Virus record (IMG/VR): IMGVR_UViG_3300017528_000566
Length of the DNA stretch: 20,000 nucleotides
Source: an uncultured virus (IMG/VR IMGVR_UViG_3300017528_000566)
Taxonomy: Duplodnaviria; Heunggongvirae; Uroviricota; Caudoviricetes
Strand: one strand, 5' to 3'
The notes under the pieces are model-generated. The model was not told the DNA's origin, did no database searches, and worked only from the letters and a program-made list of their open reading frames with translations. Shown in pieces: positions 8,556 through 16,457 of the stretch (position 1 is the first letter of the stretch; the number at the start of each line of letters is the position of its first letter). The translations under genes and the position numbers were made by a program.

Positions 8556-8870
8556 GTGGGACGCCCGAAGAAGAACGCTACAGCCAAGACTGCCGCCCCC
8601 ATGGACCCCATGACGGCTGCCATTCTAGCCGGGATCAAGCCGCACATTGACGCGGCTGTGACGGAGAAGTTCACGACCATGCTAGTGGATATGCTGGCGA
8701 AGATCGCTCCGGAGGTCCTCGCCAAGGCGAGCGATCAGGCTCATCCGACCACTGCCGACCACGCCCCCTCACCGAATCAGCGACCCGAGGGATCAGATTC
8801 TGGCGCAGGCAAGGGCCAAAATGGGGCCAAGAAAAACGGCGCTCCGACTGCAGCTGTCCCGAGCGAATAG
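8556..8870 (+). CDS. Hypothetical protein: basic N-terminus, one amphipathic helix, disordered tail
   Basis: AAGGAG RBS at 8543-8548, GTG start. Confidence 0.7.
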   Translation: MGRPKKNATAKTAAPMDPMTAAILAGIKPHIDAAVTEKFTTMLVDMLAKIAPEVLAKASDQAHPTTADHAPSPNQRPEGSDSGAGKGQNGAKKNGAPTAAVPSE

Positions 8871-8890
8871 CGCGCCAGCACTGGCCAGAA

Positions 8891-8936
8891 GCATGGGCTT
8901 CACTAGGAGAGAAAGCTCTCCGGGTGAAGCCCGTGC
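8891..8936. terminator. Long hairpin between convergent genes, probable bidirectional terminator
   Basis: GCATGGGCTTCAC..GGAGAG-AAAG-CTCTCC..GTGAAGCCCGTGC followed by CTTTT. Confidence 0.75.
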
Positions 8937-8939
8937 CTT

Positions 8940-9767
8940 TTAATTCCGGTCATCAAATGCTGCCATCACCTTGAGATACGGCGTCAGTACCTCCAGCAGG
9001 ACTTGTCCGATCCGTTCGTTGAGCACGTCGAGTACCGGCTGAGGAAGCGCGCGATGCGCCAGGGCGGCAGCGGATCCGTTCCCTAGGTGCGCCCTGCCGC
9101 CGTTCCCATTCCTGCGAAACACGTCATTGACCGGGATCATGGGCGGGACGTTTGCACCATGAGCTCCATTGAGGCCGGGTGCTCCCTGATCAGGTGCAGC
9201 AACCTGCTCGTCCCGCGCCAGGAGTCTCTCGGCCTCTGCCAAAATATCCTGCGGGGTTGACACGCGGAAACGACCTCGCTCCGTGCTCGTGAATACGTGA
9301 ACTTTGAGGATCCAACCAGAACGATAACGAAGTGGCTGACCGCTCGAATCGAGCACGCTAGTCGTCGACGAATTCAATGTCGTCGATATGTAGCTGCGTA
9401 CGTTTCCCGATTGAAGCCTCTCTCCGACAGCCTCCAGAGCCGCTTCTACCTCCCCCGCCGTCATGGTTCGATCCCCCATGACCGCCGCCATTCTCGCCGG
9501 AACGGTCCGCGATTCTTCGCCAACCGGGGGTCGCCCCCGCCTGACTGGCATGAACGATTCGGGTGGGGCCGGAGCGGGTATCGGTTCAGGTGGTGCTTCA
9601 AATGCTGTCTGAACCGGCATTTCGAGCTGTACCTCAACCGGCAACTCGGGCAGTGCTCCAGTCTGGAGAAGCGCTCGCCGCCGAATCTCATCCGCGAGTC
9701 GCTTGTTCGAGCTGCTGATCTCTGCCGGGGAACGGCGCTGTTGGGTTTTCTTCTTAGCCTTCGACAT
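8940..9767 (-). CDS. Hypothetical DNA-binding protein: RRGRPP AT-hook-like motif plus a winged-helix-like domain
   Basis: ATG 9767 (MSKAKKK); 'TMTAGEVEAAL..VRSYISTTLNS..FTSTERGRFRVSTPQD'; paralogous to 10106..10591. Confidence 0.7.
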   Translation of the reverse strand: MSKAKKKTQQRRSPAEISSSNKRLADEIRRRALLQTGALPELPVEVQLEMPVQTAFEAPPEPIPAPAPPESFMPVRRGRPPVGEESRTVPARMAAVMGDRTMTAGEVEAALEAVGERLQSGNVRSYISTTLNSSTTSVLDSSGQPLRYRSGWILKVHVFTSTERGRFRVSTPQDILAEAERLLARDEQVAAPDQGAPGLNGAHGANVPPMIPVNDVFRRNGNGGRAHLGNGSAAALAHRALPQPVLDVLNERIGQVLLEVLTPYLKVMAAFDDRN

Positions 9768-9774
9768 GGGGTGC

Positions 9775-10134
9775 TCACGAACCAAAATCAATGGTCATGT
9801 CTCCTGTTTCTAGATCGAAGCGAACCGCGAGAAGGAACTCTCGGCTGTGCCCGATCCTGTGGTGAACCTCCTCAAGAGCCGCGTCTACTTCTGTCGGTGC
9901 GTATGCCTTGCCGTGCTTCCTAATGTTGGCCAGGCTCCGCAATAGCGTCTGCATCTCTTGCGACGGCGTCCCTCGAACGCGCAGTTTGAGGTGCACGATG
10001 CGGTCTTGGACGCTGATGACCTCGGACTGCTTTGCTCTATTTAGCTCGCGCCGTGCGGCCCTATCGTAACGGTCCAAGGCGAGCGGCGTCCAAGATGTCT
10101 TCCCACTACGCGTTACGTTTCTCTTGTTCTTCAT
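9775..10134 (-). CDS. Hypothetical basic protein
   Basis: Fills the gap in a co-oriented gene run; start uncertain (ATG 10134, overlapping the upstream gene end). Confidence 0.55.
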   Translation of the reverse strand: MKNKRNVTRSGKTSWTPLALDRYDRAARRELNRAKQSEVISVQDRIVHLKLRVRGTPSQEMQTLLRSLANIRKHGKAYAPTEVDAALEEVHHRIGHSREFLLAVRFDLETGDMTIDFGS

Positions 10135-10591
10135 GAGAGTAGAGAGCATTGAAGCGAGCTCTGACGTGGCTTGCAGAGAACCGACCACAAGCACGGATCA
10201 GTGCACGCAAGGCCTTCAGCCCATCGTCTGGCAGCTCGGTTGGCGGCTCGAACGAGCATAGCTCCAACACCTCGCGCATCATATCCTGCCGCGTCGCTAC
10301 TCGATAACGACCTCGGTCAACCTGGATAAATCGAGGTACCCGCCATGTCTTGCCGGTCCGGGTATCCGTGACGGGTCGCCGGCTGAAGAACAATGTCTCC
10401 AAGACTTCCGCGTGAAGGGCACCGCATGTGCTCCGCTCGTGTTCCGTAAACACGATGCGCTCCAGGTCTGTCACCGACACGGTCTCGTCCTGCATGACCG
10501 ACGCAAAGCGTTCGGCAAGGGGGAGGTACGGGTCGGGCTCGGACTGGTTTCTAGATTTAGAGGGATGGGCTCGAGACTTTTCGTTTGGCAT
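10106..10591 (-). CDS. Hypothetical winged-helix-like protein, paralog of 8940..9767
   Basis: GGAG RBS; 'TVSVTDLERIV..FIQVDRGRYRVATRQD'. Confidence 0.7.
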   Translation of the reverse strand: MPNEKSRAHPSKSRNQSEPDPYLPLAERFASVMQDETVSVTDLERIVFTEHERSTCGALHAEVLETLFFSRRPVTDTRTGKTWRVPRFIQVDRGRYRVATRQDMMREVLELCSFEPPTELPDDGLKALRALIRACGRFSASHVRARFNALYSHEEQEKRNA

Positions 10592-10610
10592 AGTCAGCTC
10601 CAGCTAGCGG

Positions 10611-11159
10611 TCACTCAAGCTGCAATGGGCCGGTTCTCTTGTTCTTAAAGTCCGTCTCAGTCTGCTCGGTGATGACCGGCTTGCACTTCGTTTGGTCGAT
10701 CTTAGGAAAGCCCATCCAGCCCGCGATTAGCGAATTGGGGAACTGCATATAGTAGGTCTTGTACACTCTGCACTTGTCAAGAAGCACCGCTTGGTCAGCG
10801 TCGAAGCCATTGCGGCCCGCTTCCATCGCCTGCATCAGCGTCCGATAAATCTGAGGATCAACCGAGGGGTTCTGCTCCTTCACCGCGTGGAAGATCGCTT
10901 GGGCGCCGTTCTGGCCGTACCTCCCCTGGATCGCTGCGGTCGTAATCTCCAGGATGTGGCTCTTGGCCATTTTGGGCACTTGCACCATATCCAGGATCTT
11001 GTTCGTGTAACCCGCGAGCGCGACCTTGTTCTTTTCGTACTGGGCATCGATCCCATTCTCCTGAGCAACGCACGAGTTGCTGACGCCCATAAGCGAAAGA
11101 AGGCAGCTGCCCCCGAGCATCACGAAAAGGACCAGGAGCACTATCAGTGTTTTCGACAC
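10611..11159 (-). CDS. Membrane-anchored helical protein, LemA-like
   Basis: GTG 11159; N-terminal TM TLIVLLVLFVMLGGSCLLSLMGV; helical body ending 'YKTYYMQFPNSLIAGWMGF', resembling the LemA C-terminal Y-x(4)-F-P-x-x-x-I-A-x-x-x-G-F motif. Confidence 0.65.
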   Translation of the reverse strand: MSKTLIVLLVLFVMLGGSCLLSLMGVSNSCVAQENGIDAQYEKNKVALAGYTNKILDMVQVPKMAKSHILEITTAAIQGRYGQNGAQAIFHAVKEQNPSVDPQIYRTLMQAMEAGRNGFDADQAVLLDKCRVYKTYYMQFPNSLIAGWMGFPKIDQTKCKPVITEQTETDFKNKRTGPLQLE

Positions 11160-11182
11160 AGCGTCACCCTTCTTTCTGGTAG

Positions 11183-12274
11183 CTAAAATCGGCCAAAGTT
11201 TTCGTCCCCGAACACGTCGTACTTGTGCATGACCCAGCTGAGTCCGAGACAGACCAGCAGCCCAACGACCATGCTGGTCGCCCATTGGGCCGGCGTCGGA
11301 GCGATGCTCGACGCCAGGTATTCAAAGTCCGACATCGGCTTACGCTCGTAGTAGGCGAGCACTGATTGCTCTAGCCGGCGAAACAGGACCTCCCGATCGA
11401 GCACCGGAATGTCCATCACCACGTCCCGCAGATACACCTTGAGCATCTCGTTGGTGGTCCAACTCATGACCGCGGCCCATTGCGGCATGAGCGCAGCGTT
11501 CACGCCGATGACCAAAACGACCGAGTTTTGCTTGCCCCCAATCCACGCCTGATCAAGTGCGTAGAAGTATTCCTGCGGAAGGTCCCGCACTAGCACCAGC
11601 ACGATGTCGACTTGCTTGCGCGCCCCGAGGCGGCCGTTCATCTCTGCGAGCCCCAGGTTCCACGCACCGATGGAGTCGACCCGAGCTCCATTGACGAGCA
11701 CGAGTGGCTGATAACGGTAGTAGTCCGTTACCTTTGCCGGGAAGTCAGGCAGATTGCCGGCGTACTTGTCGGTCAGCCCTTGCCGTCGAAAAAGCGATCC
11801 GGGCGCCGCCTTGATGTAGTTCGTGTACTCGTGTTCGGCCGAATACGGTTCACCGACGCGAGCCACGGTCCAGCGTTCTGGCTCAGCGACGCCCTGCCAA
11901 TCAACCTTGTTGATCACCGAGGTGTGCTCGATCGAGCTGTAGACTTGCCATTCGTAGTCGAACGGGTGGTGATAACAGGTGCTGCACTTCTTATGGCATG
12001 AGCGTTTCTTACCCGAGCCCGAGCAGACGGTGTGGCAGTTGCAGTCGTACGAGTGTTGGCAGCGAACCCGTACATGCTTCTTGCTGAGGACCACACCGTT
12101 GAGAATCTCGGTGTCGGAGGTGTTCGCGCTGTAGATGGCCCACACGGATAAACCGGCGACCACGGCCTGAGCGACCATCTGTAGAGCGAACTCTTTACGG
12201 GTGATCCCAGAGGAAAACCGAAACGCGATCATCCCGACCAGGGCCGGGATGATGAAAAGGACAAGGAATGGCAT
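11183..12274 (-). CDS. Membrane protein with a Cys/His-rich insert and a TPM-like extracytoplasmic domain
   Basis: Two N-terminal TMs, CQHSYDCNCHTVC..CHKKCSTCYHH, 'WIGGKQNSVVLVIG', C-terminal TM. Confidence 0.75.
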   Translation of the reverse strand: MPFLVLFIIPALVGMIAFRFSSGITRKEFALQMVAQAVVAGLSVWAIYSANTSDTEILNGVVLSKKHVRVRCQHSYDCNCHTVCSGSGKKRSCHKKCSTCYHHPFDYEWQVYSSIEHTSVINKVDWQGVAEPERWTVARVGEPYSAEHEYTNYIKAAPGSLFRRQGLTDKYAGNLPDFPAKVTDYYRYQPLVLVNGARVDSIGAWNLGLAEMNGRLGARKQVDIVLVLVRDLPQEYFYALDQAWIGGKQNSVVLVIGVNAALMPQWAAVMSWTTNEMLKVYLRDVVMDIPVLDREVLFRRLEQSVLAYYERKPMSDFEYLASSIAPTPAQWATSMVVGLLVCLGLSWVMHKYDVFGDENFGRF

Positions 12275-12290
12275 GAGGGGTAGCGGTAGT

Positions 12291-12297
12291 TACACCG
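12291..12297 (-). promoter_or_regulatory. CGGTGTA motif
   Basis: 16 nt upstream of ATG 12274, in a 41-nt intergenic gap. Confidence 0.5.
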
Positions 12298-12315
12298 AGC
12301 TCACGCCATTCCGAT

Positions 12316-12642
12316 TCAGGCCCGGTGGTCTCGCAAAGTGAGGGGAAGTCGCGCAACCAAGTTCTTACCCTGCGGACCCATGGCGATCGCGGTCAGCTCA
12401 TTGCCCCGGTCTGGCTCTCGAAACCGTGCAACCTGGATCCATTTTCGCTCGGCGGTACACGCGAGGTTCTCGAGCTCGGCCTCGGTCGGGACAGACAGCA
12501 ACGCCACGGTATTAGAGCTTGAGTGCCATTCACTGGCGATCTACGAGAAGCGAAACGCGAACTCCAGCGCAGCGTGGCAGCTTTGGACCGCCTGCTGTCC
12601 GGGGCTCAAGTCTTGGCGAGTAACGATGTAGAGCTTATCCAT
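12316..12642 (-). CDS. Pth2-like peptidyl-tRNA hydrolase with an in-frame TAG at codon 34 (readthrough candidate or pseudogene)
   Basis: MDKLYIVTRQDLSPGQQAVQSCHAALEFAFRFS-TAG(12543-12541)-IASEWHSSSNTVALLSVPTEAELENL..FREPDRGNELTAIAMGP..LPL. PTH2-fold motifs lie on both sides of the stop in one frame; the ATG overlaps the HD gene end. Confidence 0.8.
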
Positions 12643-13210
12643 GGCTGGGTTCTCCGAATAGATGGCGGCAAATCGCCTTGCCTCGACGGTTGATCTGCCC
12701 CCATTTGATTTTGAACGAGACAGAATCTAGGCCACCAAACATCCGCGCGTTCGAGTGGACCTCGGATAATCCGGCCAGCAAAAGGGTGATCGCTTCAGGG
12801 TTGAGGCAGAACCCCGGCACCTCATCTGCCTTCATCGTGTGAACCAGCATATCCATGCGCATCAGCTTCGAAGCTTCCTGGCTGCCACCGACCGACAACC
12901 AAGTCCTGCACGACATCTCTGCGTGGTCCGGGAACTTCCGCACCCCGTCCGGCACACAGTAAGGTTTGCCGCAATCATGAAACAGCGTGTATTCCGCGAT
13001 GACCGAGATGGGCATGACCGACAACTTGAGTTGGAGGCGGTACACGCGAAGCCAATCGGGCAGGACCCACGCTCCGTGAAGCTCCCCGGTATCTAGGTAA
13101 ACCAAGAGCTGAAGCATGTGGTCGCGGACAGATTCACCGTGAGCGTAGACAGATTGCCCTTCGCTCTGCTGACAGGCATGCATGGCTTCAATGAGGTCAA
13201 TCTACGTCAT
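12635..13210 (-). CDS. HD-domain phosphohydrolase with an in-frame TAG at codon 3
   Basis: GAGG RBS, then ATG ACG TAG(13204-13202) ATT GAC CTC ATT GAA GCC ATG CAT..., in frame with the track ORF 13183-12635. Motifs HGESV, FHDCGKPYC, FPDHAEMS, MDMLVH. Confidence 0.75.
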
Positions 13211-13529
13211 GGCGCTTTTCCTCGAACAAAAACTCGGCTGGAATGATCCCATACGAAGAGTGCAGGCAGCGCCGCTCGATCTCATGCCGCACGAAACGCC
13301 GTCGATATCGGAGAGCATCGATTGCCGATGTGTAGAGGTCGACCAAGCGCTCTGGGTCCTCCAAAGATCTCAACCAGACTTCGTACTCGGGCGCCCCGCC
13401 GAAACCGCCTGGCTTCTCGGCAGACAGAAGTCGGCCAAAGATGCCTTTGCGCTTGAACGGCTGCGATTCGAACACAAGGCGCTTCAAATGATGGTTTTCT
13501 TCCCGCAGCCGGGTCAGTTCGTCAGACAT
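13197..13529 (-). CDS. Hypothetical protein (110 aa)
   Basis: GGAGGG RBS before ATG 13529; overlaps both neighbours; TGA stop. Confidence 0.7.
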   Translation of the reverse strand: MSDELTRLREENHHLKRLVFESQPFKRKGIFGRLLSAEKPGGFGGAPEYEVWLRSLEDPERLVDLYTSAIDALRYRRRFVRHEIERRCLHSSYGIIPAEFLFEEKRHDVD

Positions 13530-14617
13530 TCCGCCCTCCACGGCCGCGTGATCTGTGCCAGGAGTGGCGGTGTCAGCAGTGACTTCGCGTACTCGAATGC
13601 CTCTCGCATCCCCTCTACCGAGTGCTCGAAGAATTTCGCGTCATGGGTCTTGCCGTTCAGGAAGATCGACAACTTGACCGGTCCCGTGTTGACCGCCCAG
13701 TCCAGGTCGACCGTAAAGCGCTCGCCCTTCTTGATGATGCGGCGGCACCAGCGACTTTCCTCACCGGTGAAGTCCGGGCACCACCCCTTGAACGTGACGC
13801 CAACGCCCTCGTTATCTTCCGGGCTGAAGCTCGGGTCCTTCAGCTGCTGCTTGAATTCGAGGTACAGCGGGTCAGTTTTCCGGAACTCCTTGCGCCATGC
13901 CTCATACTTGCGGTTGCCCTCAGCTCGCTTGACGCGTCGCTCGCACTCCGCCTCGGATACCCACACGGATACGAACTGGAGCTCGCTTTGGTGTCGACGG
14001 TACGTGCGGATCGCGGCGCAACTGCGTTGCTCGGCGGGCGTATGCTCGTCGACATCCTCTGCTTCAGGCTCGGGCTCGTAGCAGCGAATCAAGCCGTCGC
14101 TTGAGATCTCCGGCCACCGGCCCTCCGCGAACACACCTTCAAACTCCAGCGCTGGCCAACCTCCCATCGGGTCTGAAAAATCGTAGAACCGATATTCGAA
14201 CGGAGCGGCCCAGATGCACCCGTCTACGATCAGGATCTGGGATTGAGCGTCGAACCGATGGTCGACCCAGCAAAAGCCCCATCCCTGCTCCGCTTCATCA
14301 GGCAGGTAGTCACGCCGCTTTCCAGTGTCGAGCTCGACCACCGTTTGTCCCTGGTAGTCCTCGCCTCCAACGAAGTAGTGGTGACCGTTGGGATGGTCCT
14401 CGATGAACGTGTATTCGAAGCTGCTGTAGTTGCGGCGGACGTCAGCGATGGGTACGTCCGAGCCGACCTTGAACACGAGCCCCTGCGTATAGTTCCAGCT
14501 GCCTTCTTTGGTCGCGTACGGCGTGATCACGACCTTGTACTCGCCAGAATCCGACAGGTACTCGCGGCGGCATTTGAGATTGGCGTTCTCAGGCGTGAAA
14601 AAATCGAGGTCGGTCAC
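13514..14617 (-). CDS. Hypothetical beta-rich protein (367 aa)
   Basis: GTGA overlap with the upstream stop; aromatic motifs YQGQTVVELDTG, WGFCW, DGCIWAAPFEYRFYDFSDP; TGA stop. Confidence 0.8.
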   Translation of the reverse strand: MTDLDFFTPENANLKCRREYLSDSGEYKVVITPYATKEGSWNYTQGLVFKVGSDVPIADVRRNYSSFEYTFIEDHPNGHHYFVGGEDYQGQTVVELDTGKRRDYLPDEAEQGWGFCWVDHRFDAQSQILIVDGCIWAAPFEYRFYDFSDPMGGWPALEFEGVFAEGRWPEISSDGLIRCYEPEPEAEDVDEHTPAEQRSCAAIRTYRRHQSELQFVSVWVSEAECERRVKRAEGNRKYEAWRKEFRKTDPLYLEFKQQLKDPSFSPEDNEGVGVTFKGWCPDFTGEESRWCRRIIKKGERFTVDLDWAVNTGPVKLSIFLNGKTHDAKFFEHSVEGMREAFEYAKSLLTPPLLAQITRPWRAECLTN

Positions 14618-14973
14618 GCGGCCACCTCTGCTTTCGCAGCGACCACGGGAGCTTTAGCGTCCAACCACGCGGCAATGGCGTCCTTGGTTAGCCCGAACCC
14701 GCGCTGCTCGGCCATCCGATGCATGCCGTTCGAGATCCACCAATCGTGGTTGGGATCGTGCTTGGCCTCTACCACAAACCGAGGGACACCGCGCAGCATC
14801 GCGTAAATGAGCAGCAAGCACCGGGTGGTGTTGCCCTCTCCACGCTTGTCTTGCCAGGCTTGCCAGCGGTCCATGCCACTCGACGCATGGATGCGCTTGC
14901 GGATTTCGCGGCTAGCCGTCTCTCGTGATCGTATCTCTTGCTTCAGTTCTGGGTATCTACTCTTCTTGCTCAT
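14614..14973 (-). CDS. Hypothetical basic helical protein, first gene after the leader
   Basis: AGGAG SD at 14985-14981, 7 nt before the ATG; 'RCLLLIYAMLRGVP'; TGA stop. Confidence 0.8.
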   Translation of the reverse strand: MSKKSRYPELKQEIRSRETASREIRKRIHASSGMDRWQAWQDKRGEGNTTRCLLLIYAMLRGVPRFVVEAKHDPNHDWWISNGMHRMAEQRGFGLTKDAIAAWLDAKAPVVAAKAEVAA

Positions 14974-14982
14974 GACATATCT

Positions 14983-15021
14983 CCTGTGACGTTGGGGTGT
15001 TGCGAGTTACACCGCCACAGG
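14983..15021 (-). promoter_or_regulatory. SD-sequestering hairpin, putative translational attenuator
   Basis: mRNA CCUGUGGC (15021-15014) pairs with GUCACAGG (14990-14983, which includes AGG of the SD); inner GGUGU (15013-15009) pairs with ACACC (15000-14996). Confidence 0.65.
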
Positions 15022-15075
15022 GGGGCCACGAGCGAGGGGATAGAAGATCTACCAGAGGTGTCCGATTATCGGCAT
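15007..15075 (-). CDS. Leader peptide MPIIGHLW-(TAG)-IFYPLARGPPVAV with an RGPP arrest motif downstream of an amber codon
   Basis: ATG CCG ATA ATC GGA CAC CTC TGG TAG ATC TTC TAT CCC CTC GCT CGT GGC CCC CCT GTG GCG GTG TAA. TAG at 15051-15049; RGPP codons at 15030-15019. GGTGTA motif at 15104-15099 upstream. Confidence 0.65.
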
Positions 15076-15095
15076 GTTGAGGAACCTAACCAGCT

Positions 15096-16352
15096 CTATA
15101 CACCTGTCAAGAGATCTGAGCGCACAAAGTCAGGGACTGGCAATAAGTCTCTGTACCGAGCGCGAGTACTATCCTCAGACCAATCCCCCAACGTCCCCTC
15201 ATCTCCTGTTGACGCGACGTACGTACGCCTCGACGGGACTGCTTGGGGGTTTTCAACATCAACGATGACTGTGCGACGCTGCTGGCCAGAACCACGTGGC
15301 GCACACACGGAAATGAGCTCGTCGCTGATCACGTAAATAGCAGTCGCGTCCATCCGGCGAGCTAAATCTCGAAGAGCAGTTCGAACCCAATCGTCGCCTT
15401 TCCTGCCGAGTTCGGTGGGTGTAGCAAACGCAAACTGCCCTTTGCCCTGCAGGAAAGCGCCCCCGAAGCCCGCGGGTTCATCTGGTTCCGGCTGCAAGTT
15501 CCGCGCTGCTTCCAGCACGACCTCATCAGTGAGTTTTGGTCCGGAGTGTTCCCAGCTCTTCACCTTCAAACGCCCATTGATGATTAGCGCATCCCCATCC
15601 CCATCCCTATCCACGTGAGCTATCGGCTTCCAGGCCATCTGGTCCTGTCGATCAGATTCGGCCTTAGAAGCCGCGCTATCCCCGATCGTGGGCACGAGCC
15701 GCCTGCCCATCACCACTGCGAGCACCATGGCGTCAATTGGTGGCTTGAGCCCCGAGAGCTTATGAATCTCAGCCGCTATGTACTGGGCTACAGCCGACGT
15801 GCTGAGGTGTTTGGGAGGCTTGGTGAGTAGGTGCGTCCGTACAGGACGCGCCCCTTGAGCAACCGCCAGTGATAGGACGTGCGCCTGCGTGGCGATCACC
15901 ATCGCACGAGGCATAGCTGCATCAGTACCGGCGCCACTCTCGATTGCTGCCCGTAACGCTCGTACAAACATCAGCACAAATGTGCGCGAGCTGCTCTTCT
16001 CCGATACCCGTTGGCGATAGTCGTAAAAGACACTAGCTTCCCTCTCAGAAGCGTTTACCTCTGCGAAGACCGCTCGAACGCCATCCTCAGAGAGTGCCGG
16101 CTCGCCGCGATTGCCCACTTGGAGCTCACCGTCCCCAAAACACAGAAAGCGTTTTGAGACATGCAGCCCGTTGGCTAGCTCACCCAGCTCTATGAGCGTC
16201 GGAACATCCAAAAAATTCTCGAAGTGCCCAAGGGTCTCAGACGACATGTGGGCCGCGGCGGCGAAACTCTCGCGGGTGTGGCCTGCCTGCGAATACAAGC
16301 CAGTGATCCGTTCCGGCATCGTTAGCCAAGGGATGGCCCGTTCCTCACTCAT
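15096..16352 (-). CDS. XRE-family HTH protein with a long C-terminal region of unknown function
   Basis: GGAGG RBS; 'ERITGLYSQAGHTRESFAAAAHMSSETLGHFEN..PTLIELGELANGLHVSKRFLCFG' matches the Cro/C1-type HTH pattern. Confidence 0.75.
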   Translation of the reverse strand: MSEERAIPWLTMPERITGLYSQAGHTRESFAAAAHMSSETLGHFENFLDVPTLIELGELANGLHVSKRFLCFGDGELQVGNRGEPALSEDGVRAVFAEVNASEREASVFYDYRQRVSEKSSSRTFVLMFVRALRAAIESGAGTDAAMPRAMVIATQAHVLSLAVAQGARPVRTHLLTKPPKHLSTSAVAQYIAAEIHKLSGLKPPIDAMVLAVVMGRRLVPTIGDSAASKAESDRQDQMAWKPIAHVDRDGDGDALIINGRLKVKSWEHSGPKLTDEVVLEAARNLQPEPDEPAGFGGAFLQGKGQFAFATPTELGRKGDDWVRTALRDLARRMDATAIYVISDELISVCAPRGSGQQRRTVIVDVENPQAVPSRRTYVASTGDEGTLGDWSEDSTRARYRDLLPVPDFVRSDLLTGV

Positions 16353-16457
16353 GACGCCTCCGACTTATGTTTGCCCGATATCCTACACGGGCCAACGCTC
16401 GAGCAGCAAGCGAGGACTCTCCAACGGCCTACCACTTAGGCCAGGCGGAGCATTCGT

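Noticed and set aside
12541..13204. Pyrrolysine or selenocysteine decoding of the internal stops
   Set aside because: Selenocysteine uses TGA; no pyl genes or tRNA-Pyl are visible in the window; and the ambers are not at catalytic positions.
13182..14081. 299-aa plus-strand ORF and other long antisense ORFs (1054-1656, 1284-1871, 6562-7167, 7969-8502, 9297-9923, 14243-14806)
   Set aside because: These are shadows of well-supported genes on the opposite strand, common in GC-rich DNA, with no recognisable motifs.
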